A stretch of DNA of 36,585 nt from Thermoleophilia bacterium (GCA_025927435.1 JAICLM010000001.1:1-36585); one strand, 5' to 3'. Positions 20,315 through 28,609 are shown, counted from the stretch's first letter. The notes: generated by a model not told the origin, from the sequence alone. Made by a program: numbers and translations.

Positions 20315-21391
20315 GTGCGGTTTCTTGTTGCCACCGCCGGTCTTCTCGTGCTCGCCGGCGCGGCGGTCGCCGCACGTCCGACCGCCCACACCCTGCGCAA
20401 GAACCGTGGAGGGCCGATAGCGGCGATCGCGCAGAACAACGGCATGGCCGCCTGGCTCGCCTCGAGCGCCAAGTCGTGCAACGCGATCCGCATCCTCTCG
20501 CCCGGCAAGCACGACCGGAGCCTCCCGCAGCCGCCGTCCGCGGGCCTGACCTGCGGCTGGACACTGTCCGAGGGGCAGTCGCAGCTCGCAGTCGCGTCCC
20601 GGACGTCCACGGCCCTCTGGACGCTCCACGAGAACGGCCCTCAACCCTTCGACTGGGTCATGGCCGCTTCGCTCGGGGGTCCCGAGCGGAAGCTGAAGCG
20701 CCTCGCCCACGCGAGCGACGGCACGGGCCTGTGGCTCGGGGGCGTGGCCGGGGCGGGCCGAACGCTCGCCTACTCCTGGGACGACGTCGAGTACGTCGAC
20801 CCGGATGCATGCCTCTCGGGCGGCTCGTGCAAGCAGAAGATCGCCGACGGCGGGATCACCCTCGTCACTCGCACCGACGTGAGCACTCTGCCCGGCGCAG
20901 AGCCTGCGCTCCAGCTCGCCACGGCGGCGGGGCGCATCGCGTACCTCCCCGCGACCGTCGTCAAGGCCGGCCGGCCGACGGTGACCCTCAACAACACGCT
21001 CCGCATCGTGGACGCAACGACCGGAGACGTGCTGGGCCAGCCGTTCGTGAAGGGGATCCCGATCGCGATCGCGCTCTCTCCGCGGGTGTTCGCCGTCCTC
21101 ACCACCTCGGGCCCCCACGACCGGATCTCGTGGTTCTCCCCCACCGACGGCTCGCGGCTCGGTACCGCCCTGGTGTCGGCCAACGCCGCGCCGCAGCTCG
21201 CCGCGAGCGACCGGCTGGTCGTGTACCGCGTCGGCCGCCTGCTCCGCGGCATTTCGACGCGTACCGGCCGCAACATCAAGCTCGCCAAGACCGCCCTGAC
21301 CAGCGTAGGCCTCTCGCTCGCCCGCGGCCGGCTCATCTGGGCCGAGAACCACAACCGCACCGGCCGCCTCCGCGCCCTCGCGGTCGGGTAG
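20315..21391 (+). CDS. secreted hypothetical protein with a signal peptide; beta-strand-rich, possibly propeller-like
   Basis: MRFLVATAGLLVLAGAAVAARP is a signal-like N-terminus. Composition is balanced and third-position G+C is high. The overlapping ORFs 20224..21447 and 20288..21352 are Arg-rich. No family was recognised by eye. Confidence 0.65.
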   Translation: MRFLVATAGLLVLAGAAVAARPTAHTLRKNRGGPIAAIAQNNGMAAWLASSAKSCNAIRILSPGKHDRSLPQPPSAGLTCGWTLSEGQSQLAVASRTSTALWTLHENGPQPFDWVMAASLGGPERKLKRLAHASDGTGLWLGGVAGAGRTLAYSWDDVEYVDPDACLSGGSCKQKIADGGITLVTRTDVSTLPGAEPALQLATAAGRIAYLPATVVKAGRPTVTLNNTLRIVDATTGDVLGQPFVKGIPIAIALSPRVFAVLTTSGPHDRISWFSPTDGSRLGTALVSANAAPQLAASDRLVVYRVGRLLRGISTRTGRNIKLAKTALTSVGLSLARGRLIWAENHNRTGRLRALAVG

Positions 21392-22345
21392 CTACACCTC
21401 GACGGGGGCGAGCTCGACGATCTCGACACCGCCGGCGAGGCGGGTAGCCTCGCGCGGATCGAACCGCCCGGCGCCGAGTTCGACGACCGAGGCCGCCGCA
21501 CAGCCGACCGCCGTTCGCAGCGCGTCGCTGACCGAGCGGCCGTTGAAGCGCTCGGACAGGTAGCCGGCCAGAAGGACGTCACCGGCTCCGACCGGCGCGA
21601 TCGGCTCGACGCGTGGGATCGACGCGCGGAAGCGCTGCACCCGCCGCTCCTCGCGCACGAGCGCGAAGCACGCGGTCTCCTGCGTGATCAGGACGTTGCG
21701 CGCGCCGAGGTCGGCGATCCGGTCGAGCGCCATCACGAAGTCCTCTTCGTCCATGAACTCCTGCCCCACGAGGCTCTCTGCCTCCTGCTGGTTGGGCGAG
21801 ACGAGATACGGCTCGGCCTCGACGCCCAGCCGCAGGGGCTCGCCTTCGCAGTCGAGGACGCACTTGATGCCGCGCCGCGTCAGGTCGTGGATCGCGTCGG
21901 CGTAGAAGTCGGTCTCGACGTCGCGGGGCAGCGATCCGGAGAAGACGACGAAGCTCGCGACGCGCGAGAGGTAGCGGAGCTTGTCGGAGAGCATCTGCAG
22001 CTCCTCGGGCCGTACGGCCGGGCCCCACTCGTAGACCTCTGTGAGGGCGCCGGCGGTCGGATCGACGACCGCGATGGAGGTGCGCGACTCGTCGGAGATG
22101 CGGACGAAGTCGCAGAGGATCCCCTCGAGGCCGAGATCCTCGACGATCCGGTCACCCGTGCGGCCGCCCGCGAGACCGCTTGCGACGACCGGCGTCTCCA
22201 GCCGTTTCAGGGCGCGGGCGACGTTGATGCCCTTGCCGCCGGCGCTGGTGAGGCTTCGGCTCGAGCGGTGGCGGTGGCCGAACTGGAAGTTCGGGACGGT
22301 CAGCGTCCGGTCGACCGCGGCGTTGAGGGTTACGGTGACGATCAC
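21392..22345 (-). CDS. PfkB-family sugar kinase (1-phosphofructokinase / tagatose-6-phosphate kinase-like)
   Basis: VIVTVTLNAAVDRTL..., GGKGINVAR, C-terminal PVGAGDVLLAGY. GTG at 22345. The longer track ORF (to 22702) overlaps the LysM gene in another frame. Confidence 0.88.
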   Translation of the reverse strand: MIVTVTLNAAVDRTLTVPNFQFGHRHRSSRSLTSAGGKGINVARALKRLETPVVASGLAGGRTGDRIVEDLGLEGILCDFVRISDESRTSIAVVDPTAGALTEVYEWGPAVRPEELQMLSDKLRYLSRVASFVVFSGSLPRDVETDFYADAIHDLTRRGIKCVLDCEGEPLRLGVEAEPYLVSPNQQEAESLVGQEFMDEEDFVMALDRIADLGARNVLITQETACFALVREERRVQRFRASIPRVEPIAPVGAGDVLLAGYLSERFNGRSVSDALRTAVGCAAASVVELGAGRFDPREATRLAGGVEIVELAPVEV

Positions 22346-22371
22346 TGCCGGTGCACCACGCGGGGCGCAGG

Positions 22372-22695
22372 TTACTGGACGCGGATCGTCTGACCGACGC
22401 GGAGGGCCGTCGGGTCGATGCCGGGATTGAGCTGCTGGAGCCTCGCGACCGTCGTCCCGGTCTTGGCCGCGATCGACCCCAACGTGTCGCCGGACTGGAT
22501 CGTGTAGGTCCGGTGACGTCCCTTGGCACCCCGCGCGTGCTTCTTCTTCGTCTTCGAGGTCACCGTCGTCGTCGGCGACTTCGCGCGGTGATGCCCTCCC
22601 TGCTGGAAGCCCGCCCGCACGAAGAGCGCCCCGATCGTGACGGCCGCGAGAAGAGCGACGGGCGCGGCCCAGCGCGTGATGCGACCCCGGTCCAC
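22372..22695 (-). CDS. membrane-anchored LysM-domain protein
   Basis: An N-terminal TM helix (WAAPVALLAAVTIGALFV), a basic linker, then the LysM signature YTIQSGDTLGSIAAKTGTTVARLQQLNP...LRVGQTIRV. Confidence 0.8.
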   Translation of the reverse strand: MDRGRITRWAAPVALLAAVTIGALFVRAGFQQGGHHRAKSPTTTVTSKTKKKHARGAKGRHRTYTIQSGDTLGSIAAKTGTTVARLQQLNPGIDPTALRVGQTIRVQ

Positions 22696-22698
22696 CGC

Positions 22699-23529
22699 TC
22701 AACCCAGGGCGGTCACGGCGCGCAGCTCGCCCGCGAGGCGTTCGGCCTCTGCTGCCGCGGCCTCCTGCCAGCCCCGGCCTCGGTCGGCGTAGAGGACCGA
22801 GCGCGACGCCGAGACGACCGCCCCTGCCGGGCCGACCGAGAACGCCTCCGCGAGATCCTCGGGGCGCGCGCCCTGGGCGCCGACCCCGGGCAGCAGGAGC
22901 ACCGACCGGGGCAGCAGTTGCCGGGCCTCCGCAACTTCTTGCGGGAAGGTCGCCCCGACCACCGCGCCGACCGACGAGAGCCCGCTCTCACCGACGAGGT
23001 CGGATCCCCAGCGGTCGACGAGGCCGGCCACGTGCTGCCAGAGGGGTCGCCCGTCGGCGAGCAATAGATCCTGGAGGTCGACACTGCCCGGATTCGAGGT
23101 CTTGACGAGGACGAACACGCCGAGGCCGTCACTGGCGAAGAAGGGCTCGAGCGAGTCGAACCCGAGGTAGGGATTCACGGTGACCGCGTCGGCGAGCGGC
23201 GCGAACGCCGCGGCGTAGGCGCGCGCCGTCGACGGCACGTCCCCGCGCTTCGCGTCGACGATCACGAGCAGGCCAGCCTTCCGGGCGTACTCGCACACCT
23301 CGGTGAGGGCGGCCCAGCCGTCGGCGCCCTGCGCCTCGAAGAACGCCGCCTGCGGCTTCACGACGACCGCGGTCTCCGCGACCGCGTCGACGATGCCGCG
23401 GCAGAACTCCACGACCCCGAGACCGTCGGGCATGAGCGCCGGATCGGGATCGAGACCGACGCACAGCGGCGCCCCTTTGCGCTCCACGGCCGCGGCAAGC
23501 CGATCCGCGAAATGACCCGCTCCCCTCAT
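22699..23529 (-). CDS. pyrF: orotidine 5'-phosphate decarboxylase (type 2)
   Basis: PLCVGLDPDP..., VIVDAKRGDVPSTA, LLLPGVGAQG. Confidence 0.92.
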   Translation of the reverse strand: MRGAGHFADRLAAAVERKGAPLCVGLDPDPALMPDGLGVVEFCRGIVDAVAETAVVVKPQAAFFEAQGADGWAALTEVCEYARKAGLLVIVDAKRGDVPSTARAYAAAFAPLADAVTVNPYLGFDSLEPFFASDGLGVFVLVKTSNPGSVDLQDLLLADGRPLWQHVAGLVDRWGSDLVGESGLSSVGAVVGATFPQEVAEARQLLPRSVLLLPGVGAQGARPEDLAEAFSVGPAGAVVSASRSVLYADRGRGWQEAAAAEAERLAGELRAVTALG

Positions 23530-23536
23530 CGCAATG

Positions 23537-23542
23537 AGGATA
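23537..23542 (-). promoter_or_regulatory. -10-like hexamer TATCCT, 7 nt upstream of the pyrF ATG
   Basis: Read directly (plus strand aggata). No SD is present. Confidence 0.3.
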
Positions 23543-23569
23543 CGGGTACGCCCGGAATGGGCTTCCCGA

Positions 23570-23602
23570 GGGACAAAGAAGAGGCCGCCCGGAGGCGGCC
23601 TC
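23570..23602 (-). terminator. rho-independent terminator downstream of hup
   Basis: A perfect 9-bp stem GAGGCCGCC / GGCGGCCTC with a 4-nt loop (23581-23602). On the minus strand it is followed by UUCUUUGUCCC, and it lies 30 nt after the hup stop. Confidence 0.8.
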
Positions 23603-23631
23603 TCGATCCTCGGAGGAGACTTGGGTAGTCG

Positions 23632-23925
23632 CTAGTAGGACGATCCCCCGCTCTTGACGGCCGACTTGAGGCCGCTGCCGGCCGAGAACTTCGGAACGGT
23701 CGCCGCGGGGATGTGCACCTTCTCGCTCGGGTTCCGCGGATTGACCCCCGTCCGAGCCGCGCGATTCGCGGTCGAGAACTTGCCGAACCCGGTGAACGTG
23801 ACCTCTCCTCTGCCCTTCAGCGTGTCTGTGATGGCCTCGAGGAACGCGTCGACGGCCTTACCCGCGTCGCGGTTGGACAGCTGCGCGCGGCGGGCAACCT
23901 CGGAAACAAACTCCTGCTTCGTCAC
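23632..23925 (-). CDS. hup: HU-family nucleoid-associated DNA-binding protein (short form)
   Basis: MTKQEFVSEVA...FGKFSTANRAARTGVNPRNPSEKVHIPAATVPKFSAG. GTG start with GGAGGAG 5 nt upstream. Confidence 0.95.
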   Translation of the reverse strand: MTKQEFVSEVARRAQLSNRDAGKAVDAFLEAITDTLKGRGEVTFTGFGKFSTANRAARTGVNPRNPSEKVHIPAATVPKFSAGSGLKSAVKSGGSSY

Positions 23926-23964
23926 TCTCTCCTCCAGTCGTAGATCGCTTGCTGGGCCTGAACG

Positions 23965-23993
23965 ACCCTACCAACTCCGTGTTTGCGGCTCAA
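23965..23993 (-). promoter_or_regulatory. candidate hup promoter TTGAGC-N17-TAGGGT
   Basis: Read directly. The -35 overlaps the pyrE stop codon, leaving a ~39-nt leader that carries the SD. Confidence 0.4.
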
Positions 23994-24547
23994 CCATGCG
24001 GTTTTGCGGGGGTTTTCTCGGCTGACAGCAACTCTCCTGCCCGGAAAAGGGGCCGCAGACGGACCGCCTGGCGCGCGAGAGCATCGGCCCCGCCTTCCTC
24101 CCGATCGATCACGCACACCGCCGTGCGGACGACGAGACCGGCCTCGCGTAGGGCCGAGATCGACTCCACGAGCGCGCCCCCGGAGGTCACAATGTCTTCG
24201 ATCAGGCATACGAGCTCACCCTCCGCGAAGGCGCCCTCGAGCCGGTTGGCGGTGCCGTAGGCCTTCGCCTCGTCGCGGACGATCACGAAGGGCAGGCCGC
24301 CGGCCAGCGAGGCGGCCGCAGCGAGGGGCACGGCTCCGAGCACGGGGGCGGCGAGGCGCACTGCCGCGGGCTCGTGCTCGCGGACGATGGCGGCGATCCG
24401 CTCCCCGATCGCGCCCAGGAGGTCCGGCCGCGTCTCGAAGCGGAACTTGTCGAGGTAGTAGCGCGAGCGTTTGCCGGAGCGGAGGAGGAAGTCGCCCTCG
24501 AGGTACGCCGCCTCGACGAGCCCCTCGCGCAGCTCGGCGTCGTTCAT
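23990..24547 (-). CDS. pyrE: orotate phosphoribosyltransferase
   Basis: GDFLLRSGKRSRYYLDK..., PRPP-binding loop VCLIEDIVTSGGA. Confidence 0.93.
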   Translation of the reverse strand: MNDAELREGLVEAAYLEGDFLLRSGKRSRYYLDKFRFETRPDLLGAIGERIAAIVREHEPAAVRLAAPVLGAVPLAAAASLAGGLPFVIVRDEAKAYGTANRLEGAFAEGELVCLIEDIVTSGGALVESISALREAGLVVRTAVCVIDREEGGADALARQAVRLRPLFRAGELLSAEKTPAKPHG

Positions 24548-24753
24548 CTCCGCCCCGCCGCCACGAGAACCTGACGCGCCAGCGGCAACAGCCGGGCGGC
24601 CTCCGGCGAGCCGGCTCCGAACGTGACGAAGGAGCCGTCGTCGAAGTAGACGTCGAGCCGCTCGCGGCTCCCACTGAACCAGCGCCGGTAGGCCGCCGTC
24701 CCCGCGAGCGCGCCACTCGCGAAGCCGGCCAGGGCGAGCAACCTACGCGTCAT
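24544..24753 (-). CDS. small hypothetical protein (69 aa) with an N-terminal hydrophobic segment
   Basis: ATG at 24753, ATGA overlap with pyrE, mostly G/C third positions. No family recognised. Confidence 0.45.
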   Translation of the reverse strand: MTRRLLALAGFASGALAGTAAYRRWFSGSRERLDVYFDDGSFVTFGAGSPEAARLLPLARQVLVAAGRR

Positions 24754-25087
24754 CGGCCAGCGCTGCGAGGCAGCGCTTCAGGTCGTAGAAGACGAGGCCC
24801 GGGGCGACCCGCTCCCGCGCGACCGCGACGATCGCCTGCTCCTTGCCGGCCACGGCGAACACGTCTCCCCCGGCGAGCTCGGCGTGGAGCTGCGTGACTC
24901 GACCCTGGTCGCTGCGGAACGCGGCTGAGCCGTCGAGCAGCTCCCGCGCCGCGCGTGCGAGGACGGCTGCGCGCGTCTCGGGGACGCCCACGGAGCCGGC
25001 AAGCTCCCCGTCGCCGGCGACCAGGGCAGCCACCTCGATCTGCGGCGAGATCTCGACGAGATCGGCGAGAGCAGCTGCCGCGTCCAT
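24743..25087 (-). CDS. hypothetical protein (114 aa), possibly roadblock/LC7-like
   Basis: High third-position G+C and balanced composition. The pattern IEVAALVAGDGELAGS...GDVFAVAGKEQAIVAV resembles Robl/LC7 (MglB-like) domains. That assignment is by eye only. Confidence 0.5.
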   Translation of the reverse strand: MDAAAALADLVEISPQIEVAALVAGDGELAGSVGVPETRAAVLARAARELLDGSAAFRSDQGRVTQLHAELAGGDVFAVAGKEQAIVAVARERVAPGLVFYDLKRCLAALADDA

Positions 25088-25094
25088 CGCTCCG

Positions 25095-25100
25095 ACGGTA
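25095..25100 (-). promoter_or_regulatory. -10-like hexamer TACCGT, 7 nt upstream of ATG 25087
   Basis: Read directly (plus strand acggta) in a 35-nt divergent gap. Confidence 0.3.
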
Positions 25101-25108
25101 GCAAGGTG

Positions 25109-25114
25109 CAGACT
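25109..25114 (+). promoter_or_regulatory. -10-like hexamer CAGACT, 8 nt upstream of GTG 25123
   Basis: Read directly. It has A2 and T6 only. Confidence 0.2.
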
Positions 25115-25122
25115 CTGATCCC

Positions 25123-25968
25123 GTGCGCATCCGTCGGCGTCAGCTCGTGCACAAGTTCTTCGCCGATCGCGGCACCCACCTCGCGGCGATGGTGGCCTAC
25201 TTCGCGCTCCTCTCGTTCGTGCCGCTCGTGTTCCTGGCGCTCGCGCTGTTCGGCCTCGCGCACCGCGCGCAGGCGTCCGACTTCTTCATCCTCGAGTTGA
25301 AGCACGCCTTCCCGGGAACCTCGCTGGAGAGCATCATCAAGCTCGTCCACCGCGTCCAGAACAACGCGGCGGCGCTCGGGATCATCGGCGGCATCGGGCT
25401 GCTCTGGTCCTCGCTCTCGCTCTTCAGCGCACTCGAGTCCGCACTCAACATCGTCTACGGGCTGCCGAACCGCCGGTTCCTGCACGGCAAGGGGATCGCG
25501 GCTGCGCTGACGGCGAGCGTCCTCACCACGCTCTTCGTCAGCCTCGTGGTCGGGGGCCTGGGCGTCGACTTCCTGAAGCACAACCTCGGCGCCTTCGCGC
25601 GCAGCCCGGCGCTCGCCTACGTCGTCTCGATCGGCGCGTCGCTGATCGGCGTGTTCCTCTTCCTGCTCGTCATCTACCACTGGCTGCCGAACACCGTCGT
25701 GCACTGGGGGGAAGCGCTGCCCGGCGCCGTCCTGGGCGCGCTCGTGCTGGAGTCGTCGTTTCAGGTGCTGCCTGTCTTCGTGCGCTTCGCCGACGTCAAT
25801 GTGACCCTGCGGACGCTGGGCGGCCCCGCCATCCTCCTGCTCTGGCTGTACGTGATGGCGAACGTGATCGTCTTCGGGGGGGAGCTCAACTGGTGGTGGC
25901 GCGAGCGCCGCCTCGAGGCGCCCGCGTCGGTGGCGGTCACGGGGCGCGAGGAGTCGCCACCCGCGTAG
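25123..25968 (+). CDS. YihY/BrkB (virulence factor BrkB) family membrane protein
   Basis: FFADRGTHLAAMVAYFALLSFVPL... is the characteristic N-terminal region. About six TM helices. ...LWLYVMANVIVFGGELN. Confidence 0.85.
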   Translation: MRIRRRQLVHKFFADRGTHLAAMVAYFALLSFVPLVFLALALFGLAHRAQASDFFILELKHAFPGTSLESIIKLVHRVQNNAAALGIIGGIGLLWSSLSLFSALESALNIVYGLPNRRFLHGKGIAAALTASVLTTLFVSLVVGGLGVDFLKHNLGAFARSPALAYVVSIGASLIGVFLFLLVIYHWLPNTVVHWGEALPGAVLGALVLESSFQVLPVFVRFADVNVTLRTLGGPAILLLWLYVMANVIVFGGELNWWWRERRLEAPASVAVTGREESPPA

Positions 25969-26006
25969 TCGCTCGATTCGCCTTCGTCCCGCGTAGCGAG
26001 GTCCAC

Positions 26007-27185
26007 TCAGCTCCGCTGCGGCTCGGGAGACGCCGGGGGGGACGGCGTGGCCGGCGCCTGGTCGGGCGGCACACCGGTCGCAGCGCTCTCGTAGCGGAAG
26101 TGCCGCTTGAGCCCGTTGATCGGGCGTTCGAAGAACCTCCAGGAAAGCGCGGAGATCGCGACCGTTATGAGCAAGGTCACGACGAAGTTGGGGAATCCGG
26201 CGTTCGTGTACCCCCTGCCGAAGTGCGTCGCGGCGGCGGCGATCGCCACCGGCACGAGGAAGTGGTAGATGTAGATGCCGTAGCTGATCTTGCCGAGGTA
26301 CACGATCGGACGCCATTCGAGGAGGCGGCCGAAAGCTCCGGTGAACCCGACACTCGCGGTTCCGATCAGCCAGCAAAACACGAGTGCGGCGCCGGTGTTC
26401 TCGATCGCCATTGCCGCGTGCTGGTCATACGAGTGCTGCAGCCAGAACAAGAGGGCGTAGACGGCCAGCCCGACCGGAAGCGCCACGCGGGCCAGGCGCC
26501 GCGGGAGAGTCCCCTCGCGGTCGGCGTGGGCGACGAGCGCCAGCACGGCACCGATGGCGAGAAAATCGACATTCCCCGGAGTAGAGGTGAAGGCGGCACT
26601 CCAGTCGTGCTGCGCGTAGTGAAACGACGCCCACAGACGCCAGGCGACGCCGAGGGCGCAGAGGGCCAGCAGGAACGGCATGAGCCATCTGCGCGGGAGA
26701 AAGAGAAGGACGAGCGGCCAGAGGAGATAGAACTGCTCCTCGATCGCGAGGGTCCAGAAGTGCGGCACCGCGTATGGATACGCGAGGTAGTGCCAGACAT
26801 AGATGTTCGTGCCGTAACTGAACAACCACGGCCAGATCTGCCGAATCTGCCCGACGCCTGTGAGAAGCAGGACGAAGAGCACCGCGTAGTAGATCGGAAA
26901 GATCCTCAGAAAGCGCCGCGCATAGAACTGGCGCATGAACACCAGACGGCGGCGCGAGTCACGCGGAGCGAGCTCGCGCCCGCTGATCAGGATGCCGGTG
27001 ATGAGAAATCCGCTGAGGACGAAGAAGAGCCTGACACCGAGGGTGCCCCAGTCGAACCAACCGACGATGAACGTGTCCGAGGACGGCTGCCAGTTGTGGA
27101 CGATGACCACCCCGAGCACGGCGAAGAATCGAAGCGCGTCGAGCTGCGGCATGTAGCCGCGCTCGCGGGTCGCCGGCGCCGTCAC
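26007..27185 (-). CDS. acyltransferase family 3 (OatA/NolL-like integral membrane acyltransferase)
   Basis: PQLDALRFFAVLGVVIVHNW is the family signature (LD.LR....V...H). The protein is polytopic. The start is set at GTG 27185 because high third-position G+C begins there; ATG 27152 is an alternative. The track start at 27308 covers an A/T-third-position region that looks non-coding. Confidence 0.8.
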   Translation of the reverse strand: MTAPATRERGYMPQLDALRFFAVLGVVIVHNWQPSSDTFIVGWFDWGTLGVRLFFVLSGFLITGILISGRELAPRDSRRRLVFMRQFYARRFLRIFPIYYAVLFVLLLTGVGQIRQIWPWLFSYGTNIYVWHYLAYPYAVPHFWTLAIEEQFYLLWPLVLLFLPRRWLMPFLLALCALGVAWRLWASFHYAQHDWSAAFTSTPGNVDFLAIGAVLALVAHADREGTLPRRLARVALPVGLAVYALLFWLQHSYDQHAAMAIENTGAALVFCWLIGTASVGFTGAFGRLLEWRPIVYLGKISYGIYIYHFLVPVAIAAAATHFGRGYTNAGFPNFVVTLLITVAISALSWRFFERPINGLKRHFRYESAATGVPPDQAPATPSPPASPEPQRS

Positions 27186-27263
27186 GCCCTCCGCGGTACC
27201 CAGACGACCCGCGAGCCGTAACCGGTGCCGAGGGCCATATGTCTCGACGTAGACGAACTCACG

Positions 27264-27297
27264 AGGAAGCCTTGGCGTTCCGCAGAACCAGCTTCCT
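27264..27297 (-). promoter_or_regulatory. hairpin AGGAAGC...GCTTCCT (7-bp outer stem; inner GUUC-UGCG-GAAC) in the gap after rdgB
   Basis: Read directly, 66 nt downstream of the rdgB stop on the minus strand. No clear U-tract follows. It could be an I-shaped terminator or part of the acyltransferase 5' UTR. Confidence 0.3.
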
Positions 27298-27362
27298 GCA
27301 TCTTCCACGATCCCACGCGAACGTCAAGCATCGGGCCACGTCCAAGGGCGCAGTGGTGTCGA

Positions 27363-27920
27363 TCAACGAGGTGGGAGCGCCCTGACCAGCGCGCGAGCTG
27401 CCCGCGCACGATGGGAGTTCTCGGCCTTCCACCGGTCGCCGAGTTCTGCGACGGTTCGCTCCTCGCCGTCCGGGACGAAGATCGGGTCGTAGCCGAAGCC
27501 CTCGGTTCCTGCCGGCTCGTACGCGATCCGTCCCTCGAGCTTGCCGGTGCCGCGCAGCTCACGTCCCTCCGGTGAAAGGAGGACGAGCTCCGAGACGTAG
27601 CGCGCGCCGCGCTCCGCCACGCCCTCGAGCTCACCGAGGAGCTTCGCCACCGCGGGAGCCCCTTCCGGCGCGTAGCGGGCCGAGAGGACGCCGGGGCGTC
27701 CGCCGAGCGCAGCCACCTCGATCCCCGAGTCCTCCGCGAGCACCCAGCCTTGCTCGTGCTCACGCCCGAACGCGGCCTTCAGCGCCGCGTTCTCGTAGTA
27801 CGTCGCCCCGGTCTCGGGTGGATAGTCGTCGCGCTCGAGCGACTCGATCGTCCAACCGGGCAGGAGCCGCTCCAGCTCGCGTGCCTTGTGGGGATTGCGC
27901 GAGCAGAGGACGGCTTTCAT
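27363..27920 (-). CDS. rdgB: non-canonical purine NTP pyrophosphatase (RdgB/HAM1 family)
   Basis: SRNPHKARE..., AEDSGIEV.ALGG.PGV.SARY, GFGYDPIF, ...NSHRARA. These are the last 185 codons of ORF 27363..28277. Confidence 0.92.
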   Translation of the reverse strand: MKAVLCSRNPHKARELERLLPGWTIESLERDDYPPETGATYYENAALKAAFGREHEQGWVLAEDSGIEVAALGGRPGVLSARYAPEGAPAVAKLLGELEGVAERGARYVSELVLLSPEGRELRGTGKLEGRIAYEPAGTEGFGYDPIFVPDGEERTVAELGDRWKAENSHRARAARALVRALPPR

Positions 27921-28609
27921 TCCATCCAGCGCACCTCGAGCACGCCGTCGACCTCGGCGACGCCGGCGACGACCGCCGCAGCCGAACCGGCCGGGAGCTC
28001 GAGGTCGACGGCCACCGAACGCCGCTCTCCCTCCTGCGCAACCTCGAGCGAGACCACTCGGCCGCCCTGCCGCTCGACTGCGTCGATGACCGGCACGGCG
28101 CTGCCGCCGGCCGGGATCTCGACGAGGAGCCTGGAGAGCGCCGGCCGGAAGCGGACGAGGAAACGGTAGGCGACGGTCCGCAGCGGGCCGAGCGTGATGA
28201 TCGCCCCGAGCGTCGCGATCAGCGCCCCTTCCCAGTACCCGGCACCGGCAGCCATGCCGATCGCGGCCACCAGCCACAGCGTGGCCGCCGTCGTGAGCCC
28301 ACGGACGGAGAGGCCCTGCCGGATGATGGCACCCGCGCCGAGAAAGCCGATCCCGGTCACGATCTGGGCCGCGATCCGGGTCGGATCCACCCTGACGCCG
28401 AAGTCGATGAAGCCGTAGGCGGAGACGAGCGTGAACAGGGCCGACCCCACGGAGACGACGAGGTGCGTGCGCAGTCCCGCCTGCCGCTCGCGCAGCTCCC
28501 GTTCCAGCCCGATCGCTCCGCCGAGCGCGGCCGCGACGAACAGCCGGAGGAGCACCTCCGGCCAGCCGATCGTGTGCGTGGCGACGATCGCAGCGCTAAG
28601 GAAGCTCAC
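27917..28609 (-). CDS. MgtC/SapB-family membrane protein with a C-terminal ACT-like domain
   Basis: LLRLFVAAALGGAIGLERE...AGLRTH...GIGFLGAGAI is the MgtC signature. GTG at 28609. It overlaps the rph 3' end by 14 nt and the rdgB start by 4 nt. Confidence 0.88.
   Translation of the reverse strand: MSFLSAAIVATHTIGWPEVLLRLFVAAALGGAIGLERELRERQAGLRTHLVVSVGSALFTLVSAYGFIDFGVRVDPTRIAAQIVTGIGFLGAGAIIRQGLSVRGLTTAATLWLVAAIGMAAGAGYWEGALIATLGAIITLGPLRTVAYRFLVRFRPALSRLLVEIPAGGSAVPVIDAVERQGGRVVSLEVAQEGERRSVAVDLELPAGSAAAVVAGVAEVDGVLEVRWME

Noticed and set aside
21392-22702. A 436-aa version of the PfkB kinase extending over the LysM gene.
   Set aside because: The N-terminal 119 residues are Arg/Asp-rich and overlap the LysM ORF, which has a TM helix plus a canonical LysM motif. 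The kinase fold begins at VIVTVTLNAAVD with GTG 22345.
25960-25996. A 9-bp direct repeat cccgcgtag (25960-25968 and 25988-25996) between the convergent yihY and acyltransferase genes.
   Set aside because: It is a short repeat in a G+C-rich context with no accompanying stable stem or U-tract. I cannot support a terminator or a mobile-element scar.
27186-27308. The N-terminal extension of the acyltransferase (track start at 27308).
   Set aside because: Codons in this stretch have many A/T third positions, unlike every confident gene here. The segment also contains a strong hairpin, and the family signature begins about 50 residues later.
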